Shown: piece after piece, positions 12,655 to 24,070 of the stretch
How positions within the stretch are numbered: position 1 is the stretch's first letter
Layout of the letters: each line of letters opens with the position of its first letter
DNA from: Octopus bimaculoides
Lineage: Eukaryota
Direction: 5' to 3'
NCBI RefSeq assembly: GCF_001194135.2
Contig: NC_068987.1
Span: forward strand, 30,650,082-30,692,821
Length of the DNA: 42,740 bases
Made by a program: the position numbers and the translations under genes
Notes under the pieces: model-generated
Told to the model about the DNA's origin: nothing
The model's input: only the letters and a program-made list of their open reading frames with translations
Database searches by the model: none

Positions 12655-12770
12655 TACCAGGTTGTATCGGCTCAAGTTGGCAGCCTTTTCCTTAGATAAA
12701 CATCGGTGGCGTGAAAAGAGAAGACTAGCATAGATGGATAACCGCCAGTCTAAAACAAAACCACGAATAT
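12655..12770 (+). mobile_element. SINE family C, 3' fragment
   Basis: TGTATCGG…GCCTTTTCCTTAGATAAACATCGGTGGCGTGAA…, similar to 3275-3375. Confidence 0.65.
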
Positions 12771-12984
12771 CTATGAATGTGAGCGCCGGTGTGCAAGTGA
12801 CCCAACGCCATCAGAATTTGGTGAACTGATCACGAAACTTCGGTTTCGATCTGCAGTTAAAATCCATTTCACAACACTGAAATATGTTTCCATGAATGTT
12901 TTCAGAGAATATTTGAATATCAGAACTTCTAATATTTTTCTTTCCCTGAAATATTAAATTGTAGGTGAGTGCTGTAGTCTACTG

Positions 12985-13130
12985 ACTCTTCCTTTGATTT
13001 TATCGACCCCCGGAAGAAAGGAAACAAAGCTGACATCGGTAGAATTTGAACTCAAAACAAGAAGAGACATAACTAAATACCACCGTGCATTTTGTTGGTG
13101 ATTTGACAATTCTGTGCATTCACTGTCGTC
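12985..13130 (-). mobile_element. SINE family B, diverged copy
   Basis: TTTTATCGACCCCCGGAAGAAAGGAAACAAAG…GAATTTGAACTC. Confidence 0.6.
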
Positions 13131-13566
13131 AGTTTGTTACTAAGCATTTCTAGCATTTTTTCTTTTCTTTTTCAAATAAAAATGATATGCTTGGCTTAAT
13201 AAAACCAGGGCAGGTAATCGGCAAACAAATACCTTGCTGCAATTGTTTCGGCTCTTTGTGTTCCCCGTTCAAATTACACCTAGGTCAACTTTGCCTTCTT
13301 TCCTCCTGAGGTTAATAAATAAAGTAGATTTTTCTTGTTTCTCTTTCTTACAAATGGGTCTTAAAAAACAGATGCCAACAGGAGTACGTTGTTGTAACAT
13401 CACTGAAACGAAAGGACATTGCTGTAAAGTGGAGAAAAAAGGATAAATCACATTATATTTGGTGATCTCGAAGTAGTTCAAAGAAAAAGTCTATAACAGT
13501 GGGATTTGAACTGCGAATGTAAGTATATAAACACTGCAAGGTATAGAGTGAGTTACCCTATGTCTC

Positions 13567-13795
13567 TCAACATAATACTGATTCCGAACTTTGACGCAAG
13601 GTCGGCAATTTCGGAAGAGGGGGTAGATCAATCATGTCGACCACAGTGCTTGACTGGTACTTATTTTATCAATCCCTAAAAGGATGAAAGGCAAAGTCGA
13701 CCCTGGCGAAATTTTAACTTAGAATGTAAAGTCGGACGAAATGCCGCTAAGCATTTTAACCAGCGTGCTAACGATTCTGCCAACTCACCGCCTTG
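13567..13795 (-). mobile_element. SINE family B, full length
   Basis: CTGGTACTTATTTTATC…AAAGGATGAAAGGCAAAGTCGAC…GTGCTAACGATTCTGCCAACTCACCGCCTT. Confidence 0.88.
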
Positions 13796-14164
13796 TCTCT
13801 CTCCATAATATTAACCCTTCGCCTATCCAAAGCATTTTCATAAGTTTGTCCTATTCACCCATGCTTATTTTCAGTGTTTCAGTTATCCCTTGTTTGTTAC
13901 GTTGCGGCTAATATAATATTTTTCTTTCATAAGTCTCAAGTTACTATCATGATATACAGGACAGGGTTAAATCATGCAATCTTTTCTTCACAAAACATGA
14001 TCTCAATAGAATTCCCTGTAGGCGGCAACTCAAAGCTGTTTAAATCATGCCAAAACCAGTTTTGCTTTCTATCTTTCTGGGAGCCTCTTCCTCGAAATGT
14101 TTGGCCTTGTGCAAGACAAAATCGTTAACACGTTGGACAAAATGTCATGCGATATTTCATTCAC

Positions 14165-14295
14165 TTCTTTACGTTGTGAGTTCAAAGCCCACCGAAATCA
14201 GCTTTGCCTTTCATCATCATAACTACGAGAATCAGTCGAATCTACTACCCAACCTTCTCCCAAATTTCATATCTTGTGCTTAAATTAGGAACAAT
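14165..14295 (+). mobile_element. SINE family B, diverged 3' part
   Basis: TTTACGTTGTGAGTTCAAAGCCCACCGAAATCAGCTTTGCCTTTCATC…. Confidence 0.65.
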
Positions 14296-14320
14296 TAAAA
14301 GGATTACGATTGAACTGTTA

Positions 14321-14790
14321 CGGCGTCAGAAAAATATCTTGCATGGCAAAAATACTCATAACCTTAACCCTAACTCTAACCCTAAAACCCTAACCCTAAC
14401 CCTAACTCTAAAACCCGAACCCTAACCCTAAAACCCTAAAGCTAAAACCGGTACAAACGCACGAACGATGTCATAAATAACATTACCGCTGATAGTTGTT
14501 ATTGACAAACAACGGCACTAATTTTATTCAAGGGAAAAGATCCCATTACACCGCACAACGCTTTGTTGACGATTCACAGCAGTAATTGTTTTCACCTCAA
14601 TAGACGTCAGTGATTGGTTGAAATTACCGAAATACGACAATTTTTTACATGAAATAACTTCGAATACAAAAATTATTATCTGTTCTATAACACAAAATAT
14701 ACAAGTATACGAAGTTTGAAAGTGTTTCGGTAGAAAACACACTAAATAAAACATAAATAAAAAGTGACGCCCGCCAAATCAGAAAGATCC
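14321..14790. mobile_element. Non-autonomous element with internal telomere-like (CCCTAA)n tract
   Basis: Degenerate TAACCC array at 14359-14449 (variants TAACTC, AAACCC, GAACCC) near one end; short inverted motif GGCGTCA (14322-14328) / TGACGCC (14765-14771) brackets ~450 bp. Class (Helentron/HINE-like or MITE) uncertain. Confidence 0.55.
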
Positions 14791-14799
14791 TCCCGGCCT

Positions 14800-15045
14800 T
14801 CTGAATTCAAGTGCTGTCGTAGCCAGCTTTGCCTTTCATCCCTTCGGGGTCGATAAAGCATAGTACCAGTCAAGTTCTGAGAATGGTGATAACGATTTAA
14901 CCTCTCCTTCCAGCAAAACGGTCAGCTTTGTTCCTAAATCAGAAACAATTATCACTGGGGGAAAAAAATGTCTCGTGGTATATGTACGGCTTTTTACGTT
15001 CTGAATTCAAATCCTGTCGAGGCCAACTTGCCCTTTCATTCTAAT
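14800..15045 (+). mobile_element. SINE family B, two 5'-truncated fragments
   Basis: TCTGAATTCAA…GCTTTGCCTTTCATCCCTTCGGGGTCGATAAA (14800-14945) and TTTACGTTCTGAATTCAAATCCTGTCGAGG (14990-15045). Confidence 0.7.
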
Positions 15046-15744
15046 AAGGGGGGAATAATTCTAGTTACAATTTTAGAAACAGCCAAAAGAAAATAGCTCA
15101 AATTTCGATTCAATAATTTAAAACATTACTTTTAAAGTTATTCATAAATATTTTTGAAAGATTTCGGAATTGAAATTCCTTCCAGCGCTACTAAGCAAAC
15201 AACTAACGAGCTAATGAGGACGCTTCAAAGTGATCACTTGACCAACCATCAATTGCAACCAAATTTCCCTCAACAGTACTCTAATACCTTTAAATAAAAG
15301 AGAAGTGCAAACTGGATGATGATGAAATTCGAGATAGATTGGATCTGAAAAGGTGGAATAGTTACGGTGGGGATATATTTGGTTATAGGTCTGGTCGTTT
15401 ACGACTGGCCCAGGGTTGAATAACAATAAACAAAACATCTACTACTACTACTACTACTTACGACAGCAATTTAAGAAAAGTCATTTCAGCATAATACGAT
15501 GAAAAATGAGAAACACGAAAGAATTGAAATTTAAAGAAAATTAAGATTTAATTGATACGCTTCAAACATTTCCCATCATCTAATATCTTAAGAATATCAA
15601 TTGTGATTTGGTCTAAAATTAAAATATTAGTTAAAACCGACCTTGAGAAGGTAGTTTAACTGTCTTTAATTTCCTGGTTATTTCCAACTTTCTCCGTGGA
15701 GTGCAAAGTCAAGTCATGAAGTTTAATATTTTATTTAGTACCTT

Positions 15745-16963
15745 ACTATTGATTTCAAATTTTGGCACTAGGCCAGCAATTTCGAGGGATGGTTGAAGTT
15801 GATTACATCGACCCCAGTGCTGAACTCATACTTATTTTATCGATGCCTAAAGGATGAAAGGCAAAGTCGACCTCGGCGGAATATGAACTACGAGCGTAAA
15901 GTTCAGATGATGGGCTTAAACATTTTCTCCGGCGTGCTAACGATTCTTTTCTACTTTAGGCACAAGGCCTGAACTTTTTTTTGGTGGGAAGAGGTGGAGC
16001 AGTCTATTAGATGGACCCAGTACATAACTGGTACTTGATTTATCGACCCCGAAAGGATGAAAGGCAAAGTCGGCCTCGGCGGAATTTGAACTCAGAACGT
16101 AAAGACAGACGAAATTCTGCTAAGCATTTCGCCCGGCGTGCTAACGTTTCTTCCAGCTCGCCGCCTTAGAAACCAATATTATTGTTAACAGAAAGGCGGC
16201 GAGCTGGCAGAAATGTTTAGCAGTATTTCGTCTGTCTTTACGTTCTGAGTTCGAATTACGTCGAGGTCGACTTTGCCTTTCATCATTTCGGAGGTCGATA
16301 AATTAAGTACCAATTGCGTACTGGGTCGATCTAATCGAGTGGCACCCTCCCCCCAAATTTCGGTCCTTGTGCCTAGAGTAGAAAATAATAATATTGGCTT
16401 CAAATTTTGGCGTCAAGGCCAGCAGTTTCACGTGGGGTGGCAAGTTGATTACATCAACCCAAATACTCAACTGGTACTTATTTTATCGACCTCGAAAGGT
16501 AATATCTACCTCGGCAGTACAATAATAATAATAATCCTTTCTACTATAGGCACAAGGCTTAAAATTTTGGGGGATAGGACTAGTCGACCACATCGACACC
16601 AGTGTTTCACTGCTACTTAATTTATCGACTCCCAAAGGATGAAAAACAAAGTCGATCTCGGTGGAGAACGTGGCGACAGGCGAAATACCGCTAAGCATTT
16701 TGCCCGGCGTGCTAACGATTGTACCAGCTCACCGTGTTGCCCTTGTACCTTAATATTGGTTTCACATTTTGGCACAAAGCCAGCAATTTTGGAGGGAGTG
16801 GGCAAGTCAATTACGTCGACTCTTGTGTTCAACTGGTAATTATTTTATCGATCTCGAAAGGTAAAGTCGGCCACAGCAGAATTTGAACTTAGAACGTAAA
16901 GACTGACGAAATGCCACTAAACATTTTGCCCGACGTGCTAACGATTCTGCCTGCTCGCCGCTT
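15745..16963. mobile_element. Cluster of six SINE family B copies (five minus, one plus)
   Basis: Copies at about 15745-15950(-), 15955-16167(-), 16193-16385(+), 16395-16515(-, truncated), 16540-16740(-), 16760-16963(-), each with the GTCGATAAA/TTTATCGA core. Confidence 0.9.
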
Positions 16964-17448
16964 TGTCCTTGTGCCTTAATATTAGCATCTTGAGTATATC
17001 ACAGAATTAATGTGGCTCTTGTAAAATATAAAAACATTTATTTCCAAAATTTGGCACATTTGTGGAGAGAAAAAGCATAGCCGAATGGCGCCCTATTTCA
17101 TTGGCAATCACCCACCAAACAAACAAAAAACAAAAAACATAGTTGGCCTCAATTGGATTCGAACTCTGAACGTAAGAAACTCCTACGTAATTCCAAAATT
17201 TAAACGAGTCTGCAAATATGATATTAATATGAGTACAAGAATACCCTGGCAGGTTCCATATATCCAACCGTTAAGCAAGAGATCGCTAAGTGAAAGGTTA
17301 ATTCACATAAAAATGACGTTATAAATCGTTGTTAACGTTCTCGCTGAGATTTGACATTTATAAATGTTTTTAATGTTAAATAAGGAATGATAAATCAATA
17401 AACCTATTTAGGATAATCAATGCTTGAAGACATAATAGATATATTAAA

Positions 17449-17600
17449 TACAGTGGGTACGAACGGCTCTCTAATCGAACAAACTGAATAACGAACGGTT
17501 TTTCTGAAGAAAATTAAACTCACATAACGAGCTGCAATTTGATCTACGAGCAGACTACGTACGCGTATAAGTGATGGGAGCCCGTTTGCCAAATGATTTA
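17449..17600 (+). mobile_element. Probable pogo/Tigger-like DNA transposon left end
   Basis: TA|CAGTGG start followed by repeated CGAAC motifs (TACGAAC, ATCGAAC, AACGAAC) typical of Tigger-type TIRs. No matching right end found. Confidence 0.45.
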
Positions 17601-18229
17601 AAATTTGAACAATTTAGTAAATCCCGTAACAATTTTATTGGGGAGATGAAATTGAATTTTGGTGTATATCAAAGTAAAAGAAATTGTTTGTGATAGTTCA
17701 AGTGAATCGATAATTAATGCTGTTGTTTGCTGATCTTTGGACGTATTCTCCCAGTTGAAATGATACTACATTAAAATCGGTACCTGTGTATCATATTAAA
17801 TGTACACCCACCGTTAGATGTCATAATTCTGTGGAATTGTCTGAGATAAAATCTCATAGACTTGTCTTGAAGCACAGTATGTATTGAAGCGAGACGAACA
17901 TCGTCGCAGCAGTAACTCACGGGAACAACAGAAGCGTTTCGCGTTTCTTGATGCTTGTCAATGGCGTGTACCCGATTGTCATTTACTTAAACAAAATTCG
18001 TGTTTCGATATATAAGAAAGAGGGTATTGTACAATGCTTTGATATTGCGGAAGTTTTCCGAGCTATAGAAACACTCGGTGTACGCAACTCAAAATCGCCA
18101 TCCGTGTGTCATTGTTACCAGCTTAAATGGACGGTGTGTATACATTAAGTTTAATACATAGATTGAAGTTTTAATCTAATGCTATTTCAATTGCGTACAA
18201 TAGTAGTGATAGCCTAATTCTGTTAGTGA

Positions 18230-20170
18230 TTATAGTAGCAGTCACAGTTCTTAACGATAGTTCAGTAGACCATGTTGTTCTCTGATTCTTAATGACATTA
18301 CCTATAACCATAGAGTGAGGAACAGAGACACACGCCATCTTACGGTCAAGTCATACAGCCAACAGATTTCGGTGGAGCTGTTCAGTTTCCTTTAGAACAG
18401 TTTCAAGGATGAGAAGTTCAACACAGCCCTAAACTCCTTTCTTTTCTCCTGCTCTTCTGTTACCATATTGTGTTTCGCTGTAATCCATGAGGGATACATT
18501 CAAACAGTCAGTGTATGATTTATACATTACTTTCAAGCATGCTATGACCTGTAGTTTTTGGCTACATGCGTTTCCTGGCTTGTACGTGCGATTGACAACC
18601 AGTCCGATACGTCAGTCTCAGCATTCATTGTTCTTTTCAACAGGTTATCGAGGGCTAGCGTATAGAATGGTTTCTGCACCAGTAACTGACTATCAGGTCT
18701 CTCCCAGGTGATTTCACGTTCGCCAGTTTTACAACCGCCGTTATGAGAGTTTCATTGTTGATATTATTAGTTTTGGAAGAGATGTTTGCACAATATTCAC
18801 TCTGTAGCAAATTTAACCACTTTACATCACGGTTGCGTTGTTTGTTTACATTCCAGGTCCCTCTCCATAATGACTCTTGAACATTTTGGATAGATTTTAC
18901 AATCTTGATAATATGACCTATGTTACTGTGATAAATCCATGTGGGCTTCTAGCAAATTTGTGATTGACGGACTTTCGCTCTAGCAAGTGTCTTTTTTTTT
19001 TATCATGAAATTGTTCCCTTGCCGGTCGCAGTTTGTGTTTAAGGACAATTAGCTTGCCCATTAATATCTTATGCCGACAGTTTCCATAGACTTTAGATAA
19101 TCTATAATAAGGTTGCAGTCGCTGAGCAGTGAATTTATTATTTGTTTTGTGCTCAAGACTGTTGATGTGTATCGAAAGAGGTAATCCATTTTGGTTGTTT
19201 CTTCTTACTATGAGACCTCTTCTCCCCCCCCCCATTTGTTAGCTAATGGTAATTGTAGCACAATATAGTCTAGCATTCAATGCCCAAAAGTTGGGACTTT
19301 TTATCTCTTCTCATAGTTCTTTACCTTCTTCGTTCATCACGGCTAACATTTGGTCAGTCGATTTTCTATTGATTTGTGTGGCAATTGTCCTCTTATGAAA
19401 TTGTTAATGTGGATGGTGAAGTTTTGGTTGAATTTTGTTCTTAAATGTTCTTTCAGTTGTTTGTATTCTTCACTCATTGTTTTGTTCGAAGGCGACAAGG
19501 TTACAGAATCGTGAGAGCGTCAGAAATATTACTTTACTTTACAGGAATTATTCCGTCTCTTTACGTTCTGAATTCAAATCCAGTTTAGGTTAACTTTACT
19601 TTTCATCTTTCGGAATCAGTAATATCATATTACTTGGTTCGATGTAATCGACTTATTTCCTCCTTTTAAAATTGCTGGCCTTGTCTCAAAATTGGAAAGA
19701 ATTATTATCGTTTGTTTGTAATCGGTTATTGCTCACTTCGCTCACGAAATGGTAGAATATACGTCTCAGACGTAAGCTTAGCGCATTGGTCGTGGTCTAT
19801 ATTGTTTACGATCTTCTCGGGAGAAGCCATTGATTTTTAGCTTTACTTTTATTTGCTGTGTGATTCTAATGGTCTGTGAAGACAGCAGAAATCTTTTTTC
19901 AACAATGGCTGCCTTTTGTCGCAGTTGTTTGGCCCCTGAAGTTCGAGTATTTGAAAGTATTTTAGATCTCAGTGCTTCTTCATTCTTTTCATGTAAACCT
20001 ACCGAAGGATCTCGAATTAATACAAGTCCTGCTTCTATTCAAAGGTCTACTGGAATTTATTTCGATAGTACAGTGACCTTCAGCAGCTGCCCCTCTACCT
20101 TCTGTCCAACCAAGGTGTATGAAGTAGTTGATGAGTCACTCTTAATCTTCTCTTCTTCACTACTGTTATG
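18230..20170 (-). mobile_element. R4/Dong-clade REL LINE, N-terminal region plus first RT motifs, decayed, with a SINE B inserted
   Basis: Minus-strand segments: AKQLRQKAAIVEKRFLL; IKSPNFWALNARLYCATITI; KKQPKW; RLSKVYGN…KLIVLKHKL…ERKSVNHKFARSP; KSPGRDLIVSYW; NYRSxACLKVMYKSYTDCLN; GEKKGV*GCVELLIL; LDRKMACVSVPHS. These match R4/Dong RT motifs (NYRPIACLNxMYK, GKKGVWGC, WLDYxKAFDSVPHS). Confidence 0.82.
19495..19700 (+). mobile_element. SINE family B nested in the R4/Dong relic
   Basis: GAAGGCGACAAGGTTACAGAATCG…TTTACGTTCTGAATTCAAATCC…GTTCGATGTAATCGACTT. Confidence 0.75.
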
Positions 20171-20631
20171 ATATTCCGTAAATAAAAAAAAAAANNNNNN
20201 NNNNNNNNNNNNNNNNNNNNNNNNNNNNNNNNNNNNNNNNNNNNNNNNNNNNNNNNNNNNNNNNNNNNNNNNNNNNNNNNNNNNNNNNNNNNNNNNNNNN
20301 NNNNNNNNNNNNNNNNNNNNNNNNNNNNNNNNNNNNNNNNNNNNNNNNNNNNNNNNNNNNNNNNNNNNNNNNNNNNNNNNNNNNNNNNNNNNNNNNNNNN
20401 NNNNNNNNNNNNNNNNNNNNNNNNNNNNNNNNNNNNNNNNNNNNNNNNNNNNNNNNNNNNNNNNNNNNNNNNNNNNNNNNNNNNNNNNNNNNNNNNNNNN
20501 NNNNNNNNNNNNNNNNNNNNNNNNNNNNNNNNNNNNNNNNNNNNNNNNNNNNNNNNNNNNNNNNNNNNNNNNNNNNNNNNNNNNNNNNNNNNNNNNNNNN
20601 NNNNNNNNNNNNNNNNNNNNNNNNNNNNNNN

Positions 20632-20685
20632 CTTTCTTCCTTCCTTCCTTCCTTCCTTCCTTCCTTCCTTCCTTCCTTCCTTTTT

Positions 20686-20768
<83 letters not shown>
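20632..20768. repeat. (TTCC)n/(TTTC)n polypyrimidine microsatellite
   Basis: Directly visible; source of the KERK ORFs. Confidence 0.98.
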
Positions 20769-20769
<1 letters not shown>

Positions 20770-21504
20770 GCTTGGCCTTCCATACATAAAGGGAAGCGTA
20801 ATTTATGCGTGGAGGGCTTTAGGATCCCTTGCAATCTCGACCCGATTCACAAGCATGGGCCCTAACTCACGGTCTCCAGCTACATTACTACAACGTTATC
20901 CGACTTTTAACAACTTTAGACCTTGGCATCGATGATTTTTTAATTTTATTTTGCCATGTGGCTTCTTGCTGGCATGAGCTTCGAAAATAGACAAGTTTCA
21001 CCTCCATTTGTGAGACGAATCTTATGTCTTATGTGTAGCCATAATCTTAAATAATTTCTTTTAATTATTTTAGAAACAAATTAACTGCTTCAATACCTGC
21101 ACTCACAGCTTCTTGCACTTTTACTTTAAGCCAGCCAGCTCATTCTTTATAGCTATAAAACCAGACATTATTTAAACTATACTCACAGGGTATGTGTCTT
21201 CCTCGTTACCTTCGTTTATCTTTAAGCGTCTAAAGAATAGATAAGGATTTATCACAAATAACAATTTCCTAACAGGTACATATGTTGATAAATGCACAAA
21301 CTAAGGCTAACCATTTCTGTATTACACACACTCGTAGACTACAAACGATGCGCACTTTTAATTTCATTCAAATATCTTTCTTTAATCGTTAAAACCGAAT
21401 ATACTGTTGGCTGACCTCTCGCCACCACTATCCCCCACCAAAAAGAAAATGTCGAAGTTGAATCTCTAACGATTTTTCCAGTTTACTTATTATTATTACA
21501 AGTT

Positions 21505-21912
21505 TTTAGTGTTAAGAAGTTTGCTTCCTAAGCAAATGGTTCCGAGTTCAGTCCCATTGCGTGGCACCTTGAGCAAGTGTCTTCTACTATATTCGAGGGC
21601 CGACCGAAGCCTTGTGAGTGTATTTGGTAGGCGGAAACTGAAAGAAGCCCGTCATATATATATATGCATGTATATCTGTATGTATGTTTGTATGTGGATA
21701 TGTATATGTGTGTGTGTGTGTGTTTGCCCCTCCCCCACTTGACAACCGATGTTGGTTTGTTTGCGTACCCTTAGCGGTTCCGCTTAAAGACCGCTAGAAT
21801 AAGTACCAGACTTTAAAAAGAAAAGTATTGGCTCGATTCATTCAACTAAAAATTCTTCAAAGCGGTACCCCAGCATGGCCGTAGTCTATTGATTGAAACA
21901 AATAAAAGATTA
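21505..21912 (+). mobile_element. SINE family A, near full length with internal (TA)/(TATG)/(TG) tract
   Basis: Head GTTCCGAGTTCAGTCCCATTGCGTGGCACCTTGAGCAAG, microsatellite 21654-21722, tail …CCCAGCATGGCCGTAGTC…GAAACAAATAAAAGA. Confidence 0.9.
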
Positions 21913-22574
21913 CGTTTTGTTTCTAAAATCATTGTTTTAATTTCTTTACATAATCAACCACATTCACCACACTACTGAATTTCTGTTTTGGTGTACAGGA
22001 AAGGTAAATTAATTAATTAAAAAAATTAAGACAAACGAGTTGGAGAGAGACTGTGAGCATAGTACAAAACGTACGGCGTCTGTATGATATCTGAACAACA
22101 GATGAACCGACAAATACTCATGCGCACATTATAAACGAATATTGAGGGTATTCGACTTTTAAAGCAATCATAGAGCATTTATTCGTTGCAGTTTAAATAT
22201 ATATTTTTATGATTAAAAAATACTTAACGTTAAAGCAGATCATTAATCGAAGTATTACGATATATTATAAATATTATGCAAGGCTTTTCTATCATATAAT
22301 ACTTTTGATATGAAAAAAAAAAAATTACAAATGGCTTATATAATATCATACTGTTATATTAATATCATGAATATATTCATGTTTTATAAATTACATATGG
22401 CTCTATATTGCTCAATTATATTAATATCATGAAATATATCTTACGTATTAAAATTTTTTTAAATATTGCAGTGACATTAACATGATAAATAAATAGTATA
22501 TTTTGCACATGATATCAACGTCTTATATATATATATTTCTTTATCGCCCACAAGGGGAAAAACGTAGAGGGGAC

Positions 22575-22752
22575 AAACAATGGGATTAAGCCGATTACAT
22601 TGACTCCGGTGCGTAACTGGTACTTATTTAAACGACCTCGAAAGGATGAGAGGCAAAGTCGACCTCGGTAGAATTTAGACTCAGAATGTAGTGGCAGACG
22701 AAATACCGCTAAGCATTTCGCCCGGCGTGCTAACGATTCTGCCAGCTCGCCA
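22575..22752 (-). mobile_element. SINE family B, full length
   Basis: CTGGTACTTATTT…GAAAGGATGAGAGGCAAAGTCGACCTCGG…GCTAACGATTCTGCCAGCTCGCC. Confidence 0.88.
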
Positions 22753-23040
22753 CCAGGATGATACTAACCATTTTGGAAATACTTTTTTCNNNNNNNNNNN
22801 NNNNNNNNNNNNNNNNNNNNNNNNNNNNNNNNNNNNNNNNNNNNNNNNNNNNNNNNNNNNNNNNNNNNNNNNNNNNNNNNNNNNNNNNNNNNNNNNNNNN
22901 NNNNNNNNNNNNNNNNNNNNNNNNNNNNNNNNNNNNNNNNNNNNNNNNNNNNNNNNNNNNNNNNNNNNNNNNNNNNNNNNNNNNNNNNNNNNNNNNNNNN
23001 NNNNNNNNNNNNNNNNNNNNNNNNNNNNNNNNNNNNNNNN

Positions 23041-23075
<35 letters not shown>

Positions 23076-23174
23076 AAATAATATATATGACGTTAACATT
23101 ATAATGTCATATAAATATTTCACTATCGAAGATACATGGCTTTATAGGACGTACTGAGGCAATCAACAAGAGGA

Positions 23175-23290
23175 TCAGCCCACATCATGGGGCCAGAAAT
23201 ATTATCTTTGTTAAGAAGGGAGAGCAGCCAAAGAAAAGATTTTAAAAATGCTCTGGTGATTTGCCTACTATGTCCTGAGACTGCGTGATG
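23175..23290 (+). mobile_element. Possible very decayed Penelope GIY-YIG C-terminus
   Basis: Single frame HIMGPEILSLLRRESSQRKDFKNALVICLLCP loosely fits H.I.W…IL.RE…RK..EA..I…P and lies ~100 bp upstream of a hammerhead core. Confidence 0.35.
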
Positions 23291-23384
23291 TGAATTAATT
23301 TGGAGTAGCTGTTGAAATAGTCCCATTACATTTAGAAGATGAAAAAAAAAAAACTCCGTTTAAATTATTTCTGTGCTGAATATA

Positions 23385-23425
23385 CTCCACTGAGGAGATC
23401 TAATGAGATCGAAACATGTATGTTA
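23385..23425 (+). ncRNA. Minimal type I hammerhead ribozyme motif (stem I degenerate)
   Basis: CTGAGGA (23390-23396), stem II GATCT/AATG/AGATC (23397-23410), GAAA (23411-23414), palindromic ACATGT, GUA cleavage triplet (23418-23420). Only 2 bp of stem I (CA/TG) remain. Confidence 0.6.
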
Positions 23426-23929
23426 CTTTCACCTGACAACCAGATTCAGTCCTAACTGTGCTGTCATTATTTTCAAAAACAATTGGTCAAGCGGATATTA
23501 CTGGAGTCTTGTCTCTTACTTCTTACTTGTAGATTGTAAACACCCTCAGAGTGAGGTATATTTCGGGGTGGAGTGTGGGAGAAGGGCGGTTCGGATGCAA
23601 AGATCATCTCAATCAATTGAAGCTGTTCAGCATCATGTTGCAACACTACTGCATATGTATTCCGTATTTGCTTTGAAACATACAAAAAAAAAAAACTCTC
23701 CTGAAGTTTTTCTTTTCGATCCTGTATGTATGAGTGAGTGTGCGAGAGTGAATGTGTGTGTATGTGTGTGTGTGTGCATGTGCATGTGCGCGCCTGTATG
23801 TGTTTACGTGAATTTGGCCTGTAGGGCTATAATAATAAGAAAGTAGATGAAGCCTGTACCTTCATGAACCCTGTATTCTTAATTCGTCGCTGAACTCATT
23901 GCTGACTCTATCTTTGTTGCACTTCTGCA

Positions 23930-24070
23930 CATGGTTTGTACGGCCTTCATACGAGTTTCTTTAGAGGCTGTCATACTACAGAGTATAGAACTCAGGTCGA
24001 CAAATGTTAGGTATAAGATCTTTGCTATTCCACAAAATGGAATAAGCAGGACAAGAGGAGACACATGGGA
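23930..24070 (+). mobile_element. Possible CR1-type LINE 3' ORF2 relic
   Basis: LQSIELRSTNVRYKIF…SRTRGDTW resembles LxSLExRRxxxDLxxxYKI…RTRGH. Confidence 0.35.

Noticed and set aside
14359-14449. True telomere or chromosome fusion site
   Set aside because: The tract is short, degenerate, single-orientation and internal to a bracketed element.
15745-16963. CRISPR-like repeat-spacer array
   Set aside because: Units are ~200-bp diverged SINE copies in mixed orientation in eukaryotic DNA; no short identical repeats and no cas genes.
19830-20171. Plus-strand 113-aa ORF as a gene
   Set aside because: It is the antisense shadow of the R4/Dong N-terminal region.
23530-23560. Plus-strand micro-exon TTGTAG|ATTGTAAACACCCTCAGAGTGAG|GTATAT
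   Set aside because: No plus-strand gene context and a weak donor.
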